Part shown: positions 48,518-57,056 of the stretch, in pieces | Layout: each line of letters opens with the position of its first letter | Position numbering within the stretch: the stretch's first letter is position 1 | Source: an uncultured Acidobacteriota bacterium | Lineage (GTDB): Bacteria; Acidobacteriota; Vicinamibacteria; Fen-336 | Direction: 5' to 3' | Length of the DNA stretch: 64,000 bases | Assembly (NCBI GenBank): GCA_963729875.1 | Contig: CAVSPR010000006.1 | Coordinates: 595,571-659,570, forward strand | The notes under the pieces: model-generated | What the model saw: the letters and a program-made list of their open reading frames with translations, nothing else | The model's database searches: none | What the model was told of the DNA's origin: nothing | Made by a program: the position numbers and the translations under genes

Positions 48518-48586
48518 ACCGGGACCGAGCCCTCGCGGGACGGTATCAGGAAAAAAGGCGTTTCGTCAAGAGATGTTTAGGCAAAT

Positions 48587-48606
48587 CCTCAAAGTGACAC
48601 TTGAGG
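48587..48606 (-). terminator. Hairpin immediately after the bamD stop
   Basis: CCTCAA-8 nt-TTGAGG adjacent to the stop codon. On the minus strand it is followed by ATTTGCC. Weak. Confidence 0.35.
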
Positions 48607-49460
48607 TCAGCGGCTTCCCGGGGGAGAGCCCGTCTTCGGAGGGTCATCGGGCTTCTTCTGAGAAGGCGAGCCGGCAGGCGGAGGCGTGGCCGGGACACCG
48701 GGGGGCGGGAAGGTCGCCTCGAGCTTCTTGGCCGATTCCCTGAACGGGCTCTCGGGGAACTCGGCCTGGAGGCGCCCGAGGTGAGGGCGCGCCTCGGCGT
48801 ACCGGCCGGCGTTGCCGAGACACTCGGCGAGCCGGTAGAGGACCTCGTCCACCCGGTCGAAATCGGGGTACTCGGAGAGGATGACCTCGTAGCGCGCGAT
48901 GGCCGCGCGCCACGCCTGGCGCGTCTTCTGGTAGAAGTAGCCGACTTGGAAGTTCGCCCGGCCGAGAGCCTGCCGGCACAGGTGGATCTTGTCGCGCGCG
49001 GGCTCCACGTAGGCCGACTGCGGGTAGACGTCGAGGAGCCGCTGGTATTCCTCGAGGGCCTGCTGGGTGGACGTCTGGTCGCGGTCCGGCGAGTTCTTCT
49101 GCTTGAAGTAGGACTCGCCGGCGCGGAACTGCGCGTAGTCCGACTTCGGGTGCTGCGGGTAGAGGGTCAGGAACTCTCGGTACGAGGAGACCGCCAGGAC
49201 GTAGTTGGCCGTCCCCCCTCCTCGAAGTAGGTGTCCGCCAGCGCGATCCGCGCGCCCGGCTGGTGCTGGCTCTGCGGGAAGGCGTCGATCAGCCGGCGAT
49301 AGTACTGCCGCGCCGACTCCCAGTCCTTCTTCGAGACGGCCTTCTCGCCGGCCTCCCAGACGATCTCGTCCGAGGCGCTCGACAGCGCCTCGAGGTCGAT
49401 CTGGTGGCCCGCGCACGCCGGCCCGAGGAGGAGGAGCAGCAGGGCGACGGCGCGCTTCAC
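48607..49460 (-). CDS. bamD: Outer membrane protein assembly factor BamD, one frameshift as sequenced
   Basis: Lipoprotein signal VALLLLLLGPACAG. ...RIALADTYFEEGG in one frame and TANYVLAVSSYREFLTLYPQHPKSDYAQFRAGESYF... in another. The shift lies at the C-run 49213-49218. GTG 49460 overlaps the upstream stop. Confidence 0.85.
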
Positions 49461-50395
49461 GGCAGCCTCCGGATCCACTCCCACTGGCGAGCGAGCCCGT
49501 CGGCGAGAGCGACGCTCGAGCGGAACCCGAGGTCGCGTCGGGCGGCGGTGGTGTCGGCGAACGTGTCCCTCATGTCGCCCTTCTGGGCCTCCTGGCGCTC
49601 CACCCGGAGGGGCCGCGCGGTCACGGTTTCGAGCACGCGCAGGACCTCGTGGAGGGCGACGCGCTCGCCGCCTCCCACGTTATACACGGAGCCCGGTCGG
49701 CCCGAAAGCGGGGCCGCCCGCACCGCGGCGACGATGTCGGAGACGAAGGTGAAGTCGCGCGTCTGCCGCCCGTCGCCGAAGACCGTCACCGGCCGGCCGT
49801 CCCGGGCGGCCTTGAGGAAGCGGTGGAAGGCCATGTCCGGCCGCTGCCGCGGCCCGTAGACGGTGAAGAAGCGCAGGCTCACGGTGGGGAGGTCGTGGTT
49901 GCGCTGGTAGAGCACGGCGAGGTGCTCGCCGGCCAGCTTGGTCACGCCGTAGGGCGAGACCGGCTGGCAGGGGCCGTCCTCCCGGAAGGGCAGGACCGGC
50001 GTGTCGCCGTAGACGGACGAGGACGACGCGTAGACGAACGCCGGCCGCCCGGCCGCGAGGGCCGCCTCCAGCAGCCGCTGCGTGGCGAGGACGTTGTGAT
50101 CGGTGTAGTCGGCGAACTCCCGGCCCCACGAGGCGCGCACGCCCGCCTGCGCCGCGAGGTGGTAGACGTGGGCGGCGCCGTCGAGAACGGGTCCGAGGTC
50201 GACGTCCTGCAGGCGCGCCTCCACGATACGGAAGCGGTCGTGGCTGCGCGCGGCCTCGAGGTTCCTCTCCTTGAGCGGGCGCGGGTAGTAGTCGGTGAAG
50301 CAGTCGATGCCGACGACCTCGTGCCCGTCGCCGAGCAGGCTGTCCGCCACGTGGGAGCCGATGAAGCCGGCGACGCCGGTGACGACCGCCTTCAA
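49457..50395 (-). CDS. NAD-dependent nucleotide-sugar epimerase/dehydratase (SDR family)
   Basis: 312 aa. VTGVAGFIGSH Rossmann motif and catalytic YGVTK. Confidence 0.85.
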   Translation of the reverse strand: MKAVVTGVAGFIGSHVADSLLGDGHEVVGIDCFTDYYPRPLKERNLEAARSHDRFRIVEARLQDVDLGPVLDGAAHVYHLAAQAGVRASWGREFADYTDHNVLATQRLLEAALAAGRPAFVYASSSSVYGDTPVLPFREDGPCQPVSPYGVTKLAGEHLAVLYQRNHDLPTVSLRFFTVYGPRQRPDMAFHRFLKAARDGRPVTVFGDGRQTRDFTFVSDIVAAVRAAPLSGRPGSVYNVGGGERVALHEVLRVLETVTARPLRVERQEAQKGDMRDTFADTTAARRDLGFRSSVALADGLARQWEWIRRLP

Positions 50396-51042
50396 CGCAC
50401 GGCCTCGACGAGAGATCGCGCGGCCCTCTCCGGGTCTCCGCCGGCGAAGGCGGCCGCCCCCGCCACCACGATCTCCACGCCCGCCTCGACGACGGTCCGG
50501 ACGTTGTCGAGGGTCACGCCGCCGTCGACCTGGATGCGGGCGCGCAGCCCGCGCTCGTCGAGCGTCCGGCGCAGCCGACGGATCTTGTCCAGGCTTCCGG
50601 GCAGGAACTTCTGGAACGAGAAGCCCGGATTGACCGACATCACGAGCACGAAGTCCACCTCCGGCAGGATCTCCTCGAGCAGCCCGAGCGGCGTCGAGGG
50701 GTTGAGCGCGACGCCCGGGCGCACGCCCCGCTCCCGCAGGTGGTCGACCGCCCTCTGCAGGTGGGGAAGGGCCTCGACGTGGAGGCTGACCGACGCGGCC
50801 CCGGCGTCCACGAACGCGTCGAGATGGCGCTCCGCGTCCTCGATCATCAGGTGCACGTCGATGGGCAGGCCAGTGGCGCGACGGCAGGCCTGGACCACGG
50901 CAGGACCGAGCGTGATGTTCGGCACGAAGCGCCCGTCCATGACGTCCACGTGGACGAGGCCGGCGCCACCGCGCTCGACGGCGGCGATCTCGTCGGCGAG
51001 GTGGCCGAGGTCGCAGGCGAGGATCGAGGGCGCGAGGATCAC
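50392..51042 (-). CDS. rpe: Ribulose-phosphate 3-epimerase
   Basis: (V)ILAPSILACD...HVDVMDGRFVPNITLGP...VMSVNPGFSFQKF. GTG overlaps the upstream stop. It is the C-terminal part of track ORF 50392..52989. Confidence 0.9.
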   Translation of the reverse strand: MILAPSILACDLGHLADEIAAVERGGAGLVHVDVMDGRFVPNITLGPAVVQACRRATGLPIDVHLMIEDAERHLDAFVDAGAASVSLHVEALPHLQRAVDHLRERGVRPGVALNPSTPLGLLEEILPEVDFVLVMSVNPGFSFQKFLPGSLDKIRRLRRTLDERGLRARIQVDGGVTLDNVRTVVEAGVEIVVAGAAAFAGGDPERAARSLVEAVR

Positions 51043-51816
51043 GAGGCCGCCTTGCTCACGTCGAGGCTGAGGGCCGTCCTCGGGCTGACCGGATGGCCCG
51101 CCGAGGGCGTCTGCCGCAGCACGATGCCGGGCGCCACCCCCGGGTAGGTGCGGTAGCGCACGTCCGACACCTTCAGCCCGGCCGCCTGGAGAGCGGCGAG
51201 GACGGGCCCCGCCTCTCGCCCGATGAGGTCCGGCATCACGTAGCTCGCACCTCCCGGGCCGCGGCTCACGAGCAGGGAAGCACCGCCCGTCGAGAGGTCG
51301 GCCTCGCCGGCCGGGGGACGCTGGACGAGCACCGTGCCCTCCGCGGCAGCGTCCGGGATCTCCACCACGCGGGCCAGGGGGACGCCGGCCTGCTCGAGCG
51401 CCATCCGCGCGGTGCGCGCGGACTCGCCCTCGACCGCGGGCACGCTGACCCGCCGGGGGCCGAGGCTGAGCCAGACCCGCACCGCCCGATGAGCCTTGAG
51501 CGTCGCCCCGGGGGGCGGCTCCTGGCTCACGACGTGCTCGGCCGGCACCGCGGCCTCGTGCCGCCGCCCCTCGATGCGCAGGGCCAGGCCGTCGCGCTCG
51601 GCGAGGGCGCCCGCGTCGGCCAGCGGCCCGGCCGACGAGCGACGGAACGGTCACGTCACGCGAGGCGAGGACGACCCGCATGGTCACGAGGGCGCTCGCC
51701 CCGGCGGTAGCGAGCAGGGCGGCCGCGAGCAGGGCGTTCTGGCCGACGAGGCGGAGGATCTTGGAAGGGCTCAAGGCGTGGGAGGCGCGTTCGTTGCGCG
51801 GAGTCGAGGTTACCAC
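51039..51816 (-). CDS. PASTA-domain membrane protein without kinase domain, one frameshift as sequenced
   Basis: GTG 51816 overlaps the rsmB stop. Short tail, TM ILRLVGQNALLAAALLATAGASALV, then three PASTA-like repeats (VTVPSLVG..., VSVPAVEGESARTARMALEQAGV..., YVMPDLIGREAGPVLAALQAAGL...). Frame change near 51625-51632. Confidence 0.7.
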
Positions 51817-53128
51817 ATCCCCTCGGCGGGTCCCGCGCGGCGCAGGCACGCGGCGAAGAAGCCGTCCGCGCGGTGAACGGACGGGTCGACCCTGAGGAAG
51901 GCCCCCGCGCGGAAGGGTGCCGACCAGGGCGGGTGGGTCCTCGGCCCCGAACTCCGGGTGGGCCTGCGAGGAAGGGCCCCACCACCCCTTCGTTCTCCTC
52001 GGGCTCGAGGGAGCAGGTGGCGTAGACGAGCCGCCCGCCGGGGCGCACGAGCGGCGCGAGGCTCTCGAGCAGGGCCGCCTGCCGGGCGGCGTGCCGCCCG
52101 ACCTCTTCCGGTTCGAGCCGCCAGCGCAGGTCGGGGTTGCGGCCGAGCGTGCCGAGGCCGCTGCAGGGCGCGTCGAGGAGAACGGTGTCGAACCGGCACG
52201 CGAAGGGAGGGCTCGTCGCGTCCGCCGCGACGACCGAGACGTTCGTCGGCGCCCCACCGGGAGCGCAGGCGGGCGAGGGTGGCCAGGCGCCGCCGCGAGG
52301 CCTCGGCCGCGACGACACGCGTGCTCCCGCCTCCGAGGTCGCCGATGAGGAGCGCCTTTCCCCCGGGAGCGGCGCACGCGTCGAGAACGAGACCCTCGCC
52401 GGCGGCGAGGCGGCCGACGAGCTGCGAGCCGGCGTCCTGGACGTAGACCGACCCCTTCGGCGGCCAGGGCAGAGAGCCGTCGACCCTCCGGCGCCTCGAA
52501 GGCGCCCGGACACAGCGCGACGTCGCGCGCCTCGACGCCCGCCTCGGCCAGACGCTCGCGGGCGTCGAGGCGCCGGGGGTTCAGGCGGAAGTACGTCGGG
52601 GGAACCTCGAGCGCGGCGCGGGCGCGCGCCGTGGCCGGGCCCGCCCCCAGCTGCGAGAGCCAGCGCTCCGCGAGCCAGCGCGGGAGCGACCCCGCCGAGG
52701 TGAGCCACCGCAGCGCGTCCGCGTTCGGGTCGGGTTCCGCGGGGGGGCCTTCGCGCAGGAGCCGGCGCAGGATGGCGTTCGCGAAGCCGGCTGCCCGCGG
52801 CTCGACCGCGCGGGCGAGCTCGACCGTCTCGGAGACGGCGGCGTGCGGGGGGACCCGCAGGTACAGCAGCTGGTAGGCGCCCAGCCGCAGGGCGTCGAGG
52901 ACGCCGGGGTCGACGTCCTCGAGTGGCCGGCTCGAGAGGCCCGCGAGGACGTAGTCCAGCCAGCCGCGGCGCCGCAGCGTCCCGAGCACGATCTCGTGGA
53001 CGAGACCCCGGTCCCGGGCGTCGAGGCGCTCTACTGCGCGGCGCGGCGAGAGCGTCCGCCAGCGTGACCCGTCCGGCGGACAGCCGGCGCAGGACGTCGA
53101 GGGCCGCGGTGCGGGCGGGCGCCGGCAA
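51810..53128 (-). pseudogene. rsmB: 16S rRNA (cytosine967-C5)-methyltransferase RsmB, multiply frameshifted as sequenced
   Basis: MPAPARTAALDVLRRL, GWLDYVLAGLSSRPLEDVDPGVLDALRLGAYQLLYL, VYVQDAGSQLV, LDACAAPGGK, FDTVLLDAPCSGLGTLGRNPDLRW, GRLVYATCSLEPEENEGVV and ADGFFAACLRR occur in alternating frames. Confidence 0.8.
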
Positions 53129-53131
53129 GGG

Positions 53132-54067
53132 TCAGCCCAGCCGTGCGCCCGGGCGCAGGCGCGCGCCGGAGGCCCAGGCCGCCGCCGTCATGGCGCGTCG
53201 GCTCTCCGGCTGGACCTCGAGCAGGAGCAGCCGGGACCCGTCGCCGCAGGCGACGCGCACGCCCGCGCCGTCGATCGCCACGACCGTCCCCGCCTCCGCC
53301 GCGGGCCCGGCGCCCGGGACCTCGCGCACGCGCAGCACCTTCAGGAGCCGCCCGTCGTGGAACGTGAAGGCCCCGGGCCAGGGGTGGAACCCGCGCGCCC
53401 GGCAGCGGGTGGCGGCGGCGGGCCGCGACCAGTCGATCCGGCCGTCCTCCTTCTTCAGGATCGGGGCGAGCGTCGCCCGCGCGTGGTCCTGGGGCACCGG
53501 GACGAGGGTCCCGTCGCCGAGGCCCCGCACGGTCTCGAGCAGCACGTCGGCGCCGAGGTGGGCGAGGCGGGCCTCGAGCTCCGCCGCCGTCTCCTCGGGG
53601 CCGATCGGCGTCGAGCGCGCGAGCAGCGTCGGACCGGTGTCGAGCCCCTCGTCGATCAGCATCGTGGTGACCCCGGTCCCGCTCTCGCCGCCGGCGATCG
53701 CCCACTGGATGGGCGCCGCCCCCCGGAGCCTGGGGAGCAGCGAGGCGTGCACGTTGACCGTCCCGCGCGGGGCGATGTCGATGACGCTTCGCGGGAGGAT
53801 CTGGCCGAACGCCACCACCACCTGCAGCTCCGGCTCGAGCCGGCGCAGCGCCTCCTGGGCCTCGGGCTCGCGCACGCGCCGGAGCTGGAGGACGGGGATG
53901 CCTCGCCGCTCGGCCACCGGCTTGAGCGGGGGAGGGGCCATCGCCTGGCCGCGCCCCTTCTCGCGGTCCGGCTGCGTGACGAGAGCGGGGACCTCGTGGC
54001 CGGCGTCGAGGAGCGCCTCGAAACAGGGAATGGCGAAGGCCCCGCTGCCGAGGAACACGATCCGCAC
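53132..54067 (-). CDS. fmt: Methionyl-tRNA formyltransferase
   Basis: 311 aa from (V)RIVFLGSGAFAIP; HASLLPRLRGAAPIQWAI. It is the C-terminal part of track ORF 53132..55282. Confidence 0.9.
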   Translation of the reverse strand: MRIVFLGSGAFAIPCFEALLDAGHEVPALVTQPDREKGRGQAMAPPPLKPVAERRGIPVLQLRRVREPEAQEALRRLEPELQVVVAFGQILPRSVIDIAPRGTVNVHASLLPRLRGAAPIQWAIAGGESGTGVTTMLIDEGLDTGPTLLARSTPIGPEETAAELEARLAHLGADVLLETVRGLGDGTLVPVPQDHARATLAPILKKEDGRIDWSRPAAATRCRARGFHPWPGAFTFHDGRLLKVLRVREVPGAGPAAEAGTVVAIDGAGVRVACGDGSRLLLLEVQPESRRAMTAAAWASGARLRPGARLG

Positions 54068-54072
54068 GGGGT

Positions 54073-54591
54073 CTACTCCTCCTCCCAGCCCTCCCGGGCC
54101 TTCTTGCGCAGCTTGCGCTTCATGAGGTCGCGCTTGAGCGGCGAGAGGCGGTCCACGAAGAGCAGCCCGTCGACGTGGTCGATCTCGTGGCAGAAGGCCC
54201 GGGCCAGCAGCTCGGTGGCCGTGTAGACCCGCTCGCGGCCCTCCGGGTCGAGGCCCCTCACCACGACCCGGGCCGGCCGGGCCGGCGAGCCCCCGTAGCC
54301 CGGGACCGAGAGGCAGCCCTCCTCGTGCTTCTGCTCGCCCTCGCGCTCCAGGAACTCGGGGTTGACCAGCCTGATGACCTGGGAGGGGTCCTCGCCCACG
54401 GACAGGTCGATCACGATCGCCCGGAGCGGCACGCCGACCTGCGGCGCGGCGAGGCCGATGCCGGGGGCCGCGTACATCGTCGCGATCATGTCGTCGAGGA
54501 GGGAGCGGATCGCGTCGTCGATCCGCTCCACGGGGGCGGCGGATGCGTGCAGGACCGGGTCGCCGTACTTGACGATCGGGCGGATGGGCAT
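54073..54591 (-). CDS. def: Peptide deformylase
   Basis: 172 aa. GIGLAAPQVG, EGCLSVPG, HEIDHVDG. Confidence 0.93.
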   Translation of the reverse strand: MPIRPIVKYGDPVLHASAAPVERIDDAIRSLLDDMIATMYAAPGIGLAAPQVGVPLRAIVIDLSVGEDPSQVIRLVNPEFLEREGEQKHEEGCLSVPGYGGSPARPARVVVRGLDPEGRERVYTATELLARAFCHEIDHVDGLLFVDRLSPLKRDLMKRKLRKKAREGWEEE

Positions 54592-54603
54592 GGCCGAGGG
54601 GGA

Positions 54604-55818
54604 TTATCGCCGGATTCGGGCCCGGCGAGGCCTCACCGGGGGCCGGCGAGCCGCGCGTTGCCGGGCCCGGGTCGTCTCGAGGTGCGCGAGGAGCTCCTCG
54701 AGAGAGTCGCCCCCCGCCTTCTCGAGCAGGGCGTCGGCCAGGACCAGCGCGAGCATGGCCTCGGCCACGACGCCGGCGGCGGGCACCACGCAGGTGTCGC
54801 TCCGCTCGACGGAGGCCTTCTGGGGCTCGCCGGTGGCGAGGTCGACCGACCGCAGGGCGATGAGCAGGGTGGGGATGGGCTTCACGACCGCGAGGGCCCG
54901 GATCTCCTCGCCGTTCGTGACCCCACCCTCCAGGCCGCCAGCGCGGTTCGTGGGTCGCTCCAGCCCGGCCTCGGGCTCCCACAGGATCTCGTCGTGGAAC
55001 GCGGAGCCGCGCGTCTGCGCTCCGGCGAAGCCCTCCCCGATCGCCACCGCCTTCACCGCGTGGATCGACATGAGCGCCTGCGCGATCCTCCCGTCGAGCC
55101 GACGGTCCCACTGGGCGAAGGACCCGAGGCCGGCCGGCACGCCGCGCGCGATCACCTCCACCGTCCCGCCCACGGAGTCGCCGTCCTTCCGGGCCCGGTC
55201 GATCGCGGCGACCATCGCCTCCGCCACCCCGGGGTCCACGCACCGGACCGGGCTCTCCTCCACGCGGTCGAGGGCTTCCCACGCCGCGGGTCCGGCGGGC
55301 AGCGCCGCCTCGCCGATGCGGACGACGTGGCTGCGCACCTCCGCCCCCGCCTCCCGCAGCAGGGCCCGGGCCAGGGCCCCGGCCGCCACTCGGGCCGTGG
55401 TCTCCCGCGCGCTCGCCCTCTCGACGACGTTACGCAGGTCGGTGGTCCCGTACTTGAGGGCACCGGCGAGGTCCGCGTGCCCGGGCCGGGGGTAGCGAAG
55501 GCGCCGGCGCTCCCGTGCCGCGTCGGGTTGCGGGTCGGGCGACATCACGTCCGCCCAGCTCTCGTGGTCGCGGTTGCGGACGAGCAGGGCGACCGGCGAG
55601 CCCAGCGTCCGACCGTGGCGCACGCCGGAGAGGAGCTCGACCGTGTCGGTCTCGATCTTCATGCGCCCGCCGCGGCCGTAGCCGCCCTGGCGGCGCCGCA
55701 GGTCGGCGTCGATCGCCGCGCGCTCCACCGGCACTCCGGCGGGCAGCCCGTCCACGACGACGGTCAGGCCGGGTCCGTGAGACTCGCCCGCGGTGAGAAA
55801 GCGCAGCACGCGGGCCAT
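54604..55818 (-). CDS. aroC: Chorismate synthase
   Basis: MARVLRFLTAGESHGPGL...RPGHADL...SARETTARVAAG. Alternative ATG at 55833. Confidence 0.9.
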   Translation of the reverse strand: MARVLRFLTAGESHGPGLTVVVDGLPAGVPVERAAIDADLRRRQGGYGRGGRMKIETDTVELLSGVRHGRTLGSPVALLVRNRDHESWADVMSPDPQPDAARERRRLRYPRPGHADLAGALKYGTTDLRNVVERASARETTARVAAGALARALLREAGAEVRSHVVRIGEAALPAGPAAWEALDRVEESPVRCVDPGVAEAMVAAIDRARKDGDSVGGTVEVIARGVPAGLGSFAQWDRRLDGRIAQALMSIHAVKAVAIGEGFAGAQTRGSAFHDEILWEPEAGLERPTNRAGGLEGGVTNGEEIRALAVVKPIPTLLIALRSVDLATGEPQKASVERSDTCVVPAAGVVAEAMLALVLADALLEKAGGDSLEELLAHLETTRARQRAARRPPVRPRRARIRR

Positions 55819-55970
55819 CGTGGAGCAACGCATTCCGTGCTGTCAAGGAACGGGGCAGTGTGACGCTCCATTTTGTGTGACAGCGCGCGCCGCGGCCATG
55901 GCGGCCTCCCGTTAGTCTCCGCCCCCGTCCCGGTGCTCGCGGGACGTCGTCGCCTGAAAGGGAGGGACGG

Positions 55971-57056
55971 ATGGAGTGCGAAAAGCGGACTCTCGCCGGG
56001 CTGCTCGGCCGCTGTCCGGCGATGGAGCGCGTGAGGCGGAGCGTGGCGCTGTTCGGGCCGAGCGACCTGCGCGTCCACGTCTTCGGGGAGTCGGGGACTG
56101 GGAAGGAGGGGGTCGCCAAGGCGCTCCACGAGGCCTCGCCCCGCGCGCGGCGCCGCCTGGTGGCGGTGAACGTCGCGGGCTTCAGCGACGAGCTCGTCGT
56201 GGGGGAGCTCTTCGGCCACTCACGCGGCGCGTTCACGGGGGCGGTCGCCGCCCGCGACGGCTACGTGGCCGAGGCCGACGGGGGCACCCTCTTCATCGAC
56301 GAGGTGGGGGAGATGTCGCCCCTGGCGCAGGTGCGGCTCCTGCGGTTCCTCGAGGACGGCGAGTACCAGAGGCTGGGCGAGACGGCGCCGAGGCGAGCGG
56401 ACGTTCGCGTGATCAGCGCCACCAACGCCGACCTCGCCCGTCGCGTGCGGGAGGGGCGCTTCCGGCTGGATCTCTGGTTCCGGCTCAAGGGGGAGCTGCT
56501 CGTCCTGCCGCCCCTGCGCGACCGCGGGGCGGACGTGCTCCTGCTCGCCCGTCACTTCCTGCGGACGCACGCGACCGCCCGAGGCGTCCCGCCGCCCGCC
56601 TTGTCCCGCGAGGCGGAGGCGGCCCTGCTCGCCCACCCGTGGCCCGGGAACGTCCGCGAGCTCCAGAGCGAGATGCGGCGCCTCGTCGTGGGAGTGGAGG
56701 GCCGAGCGGTGTGCGTCGAGGATCTCTCTGACGACATCAGGGGGAAGCCGGCCCGCCGCACCGGGACGCTGAAGGCCGCCGTCGAGCGCCACGAGGCCGA
56801 GATCGTCTGGCTGGCGCTCGAGCGCCACGGCGGGAGCCTGGCCCGCGCCGCCGCCGAGCTCGGCATGACCCGCCAGGGCCTCTGGGCCAAGGTCCGCCGC
56901 CTGGGGCTCGACGAGCGGGGGCGCGCGAAGGGGTGCTATCCTCGCCGGCCATCGCCGGGGGAAGCGGAGTGCGAGAGGCAGAGCGGCGAAACCGCGGCTT
57001 CGGAACGGGGCTGCGCTCGATGGTCGGGAGCTGGCGCCTGCTCTCCGTTTGCCTGA
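55971..57056 (+). CDS. Sigma-54-dependent transcriptional activator lacking an N-terminal sensory domain (PspF-like architecture)
   Basis: 361 aa. The AAA+ domain starts about 15 aa from the N-terminus. Walker A GESGTGKE, GAFTGA loop, FIDEVGEM, NVRELQ. C-terminal Fis-type HTH LARAAAELGMTRQGLWAKVRRLGL. Confidence 0.85.
   Translation: MECEKRTLAGLLGRCPAMERVRRSVALFGPSDLRVHVFGESGTGKEGVAKALHEASPRARRRLVAVNVAGFSDELVVGELFGHSRGAFTGAVAARDGYVAEADGGTLFIDEVGEMSPLAQVRLLRFLEDGEYQRLGETAPRRADVRVISATNADLARRVREGRFRLDLWFRLKGELLVLPPLRDRGADVLLLARHFLRTHATARGVPPPALSREAEAALLAHPWPGNVRELQSEMRRLVVGVEGRAVCVEDLSDDIRGKPARRTGTLKAAVERHEAEIVWLALERHGGSLARAAAELGMTRQGLWAKVRRLGLDERGRAKGCYPRRPSPGEAECERQSGETAASERGCARWSGAGACSPFA

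Noticed and set aside
50392-52989. An 865-aa ORF that looks like an RsmB-PASTA-Rpe multidomain fusion.
   Set aside because: Only the last 216 codons (rpe) and some N-terminal RsmB segments are in their true frames. The middle is Arg/Gly-rich out-of-frame read-through. The separate genes have their own overlapping start/stop codons at 51039-51042 and 51810-51816.
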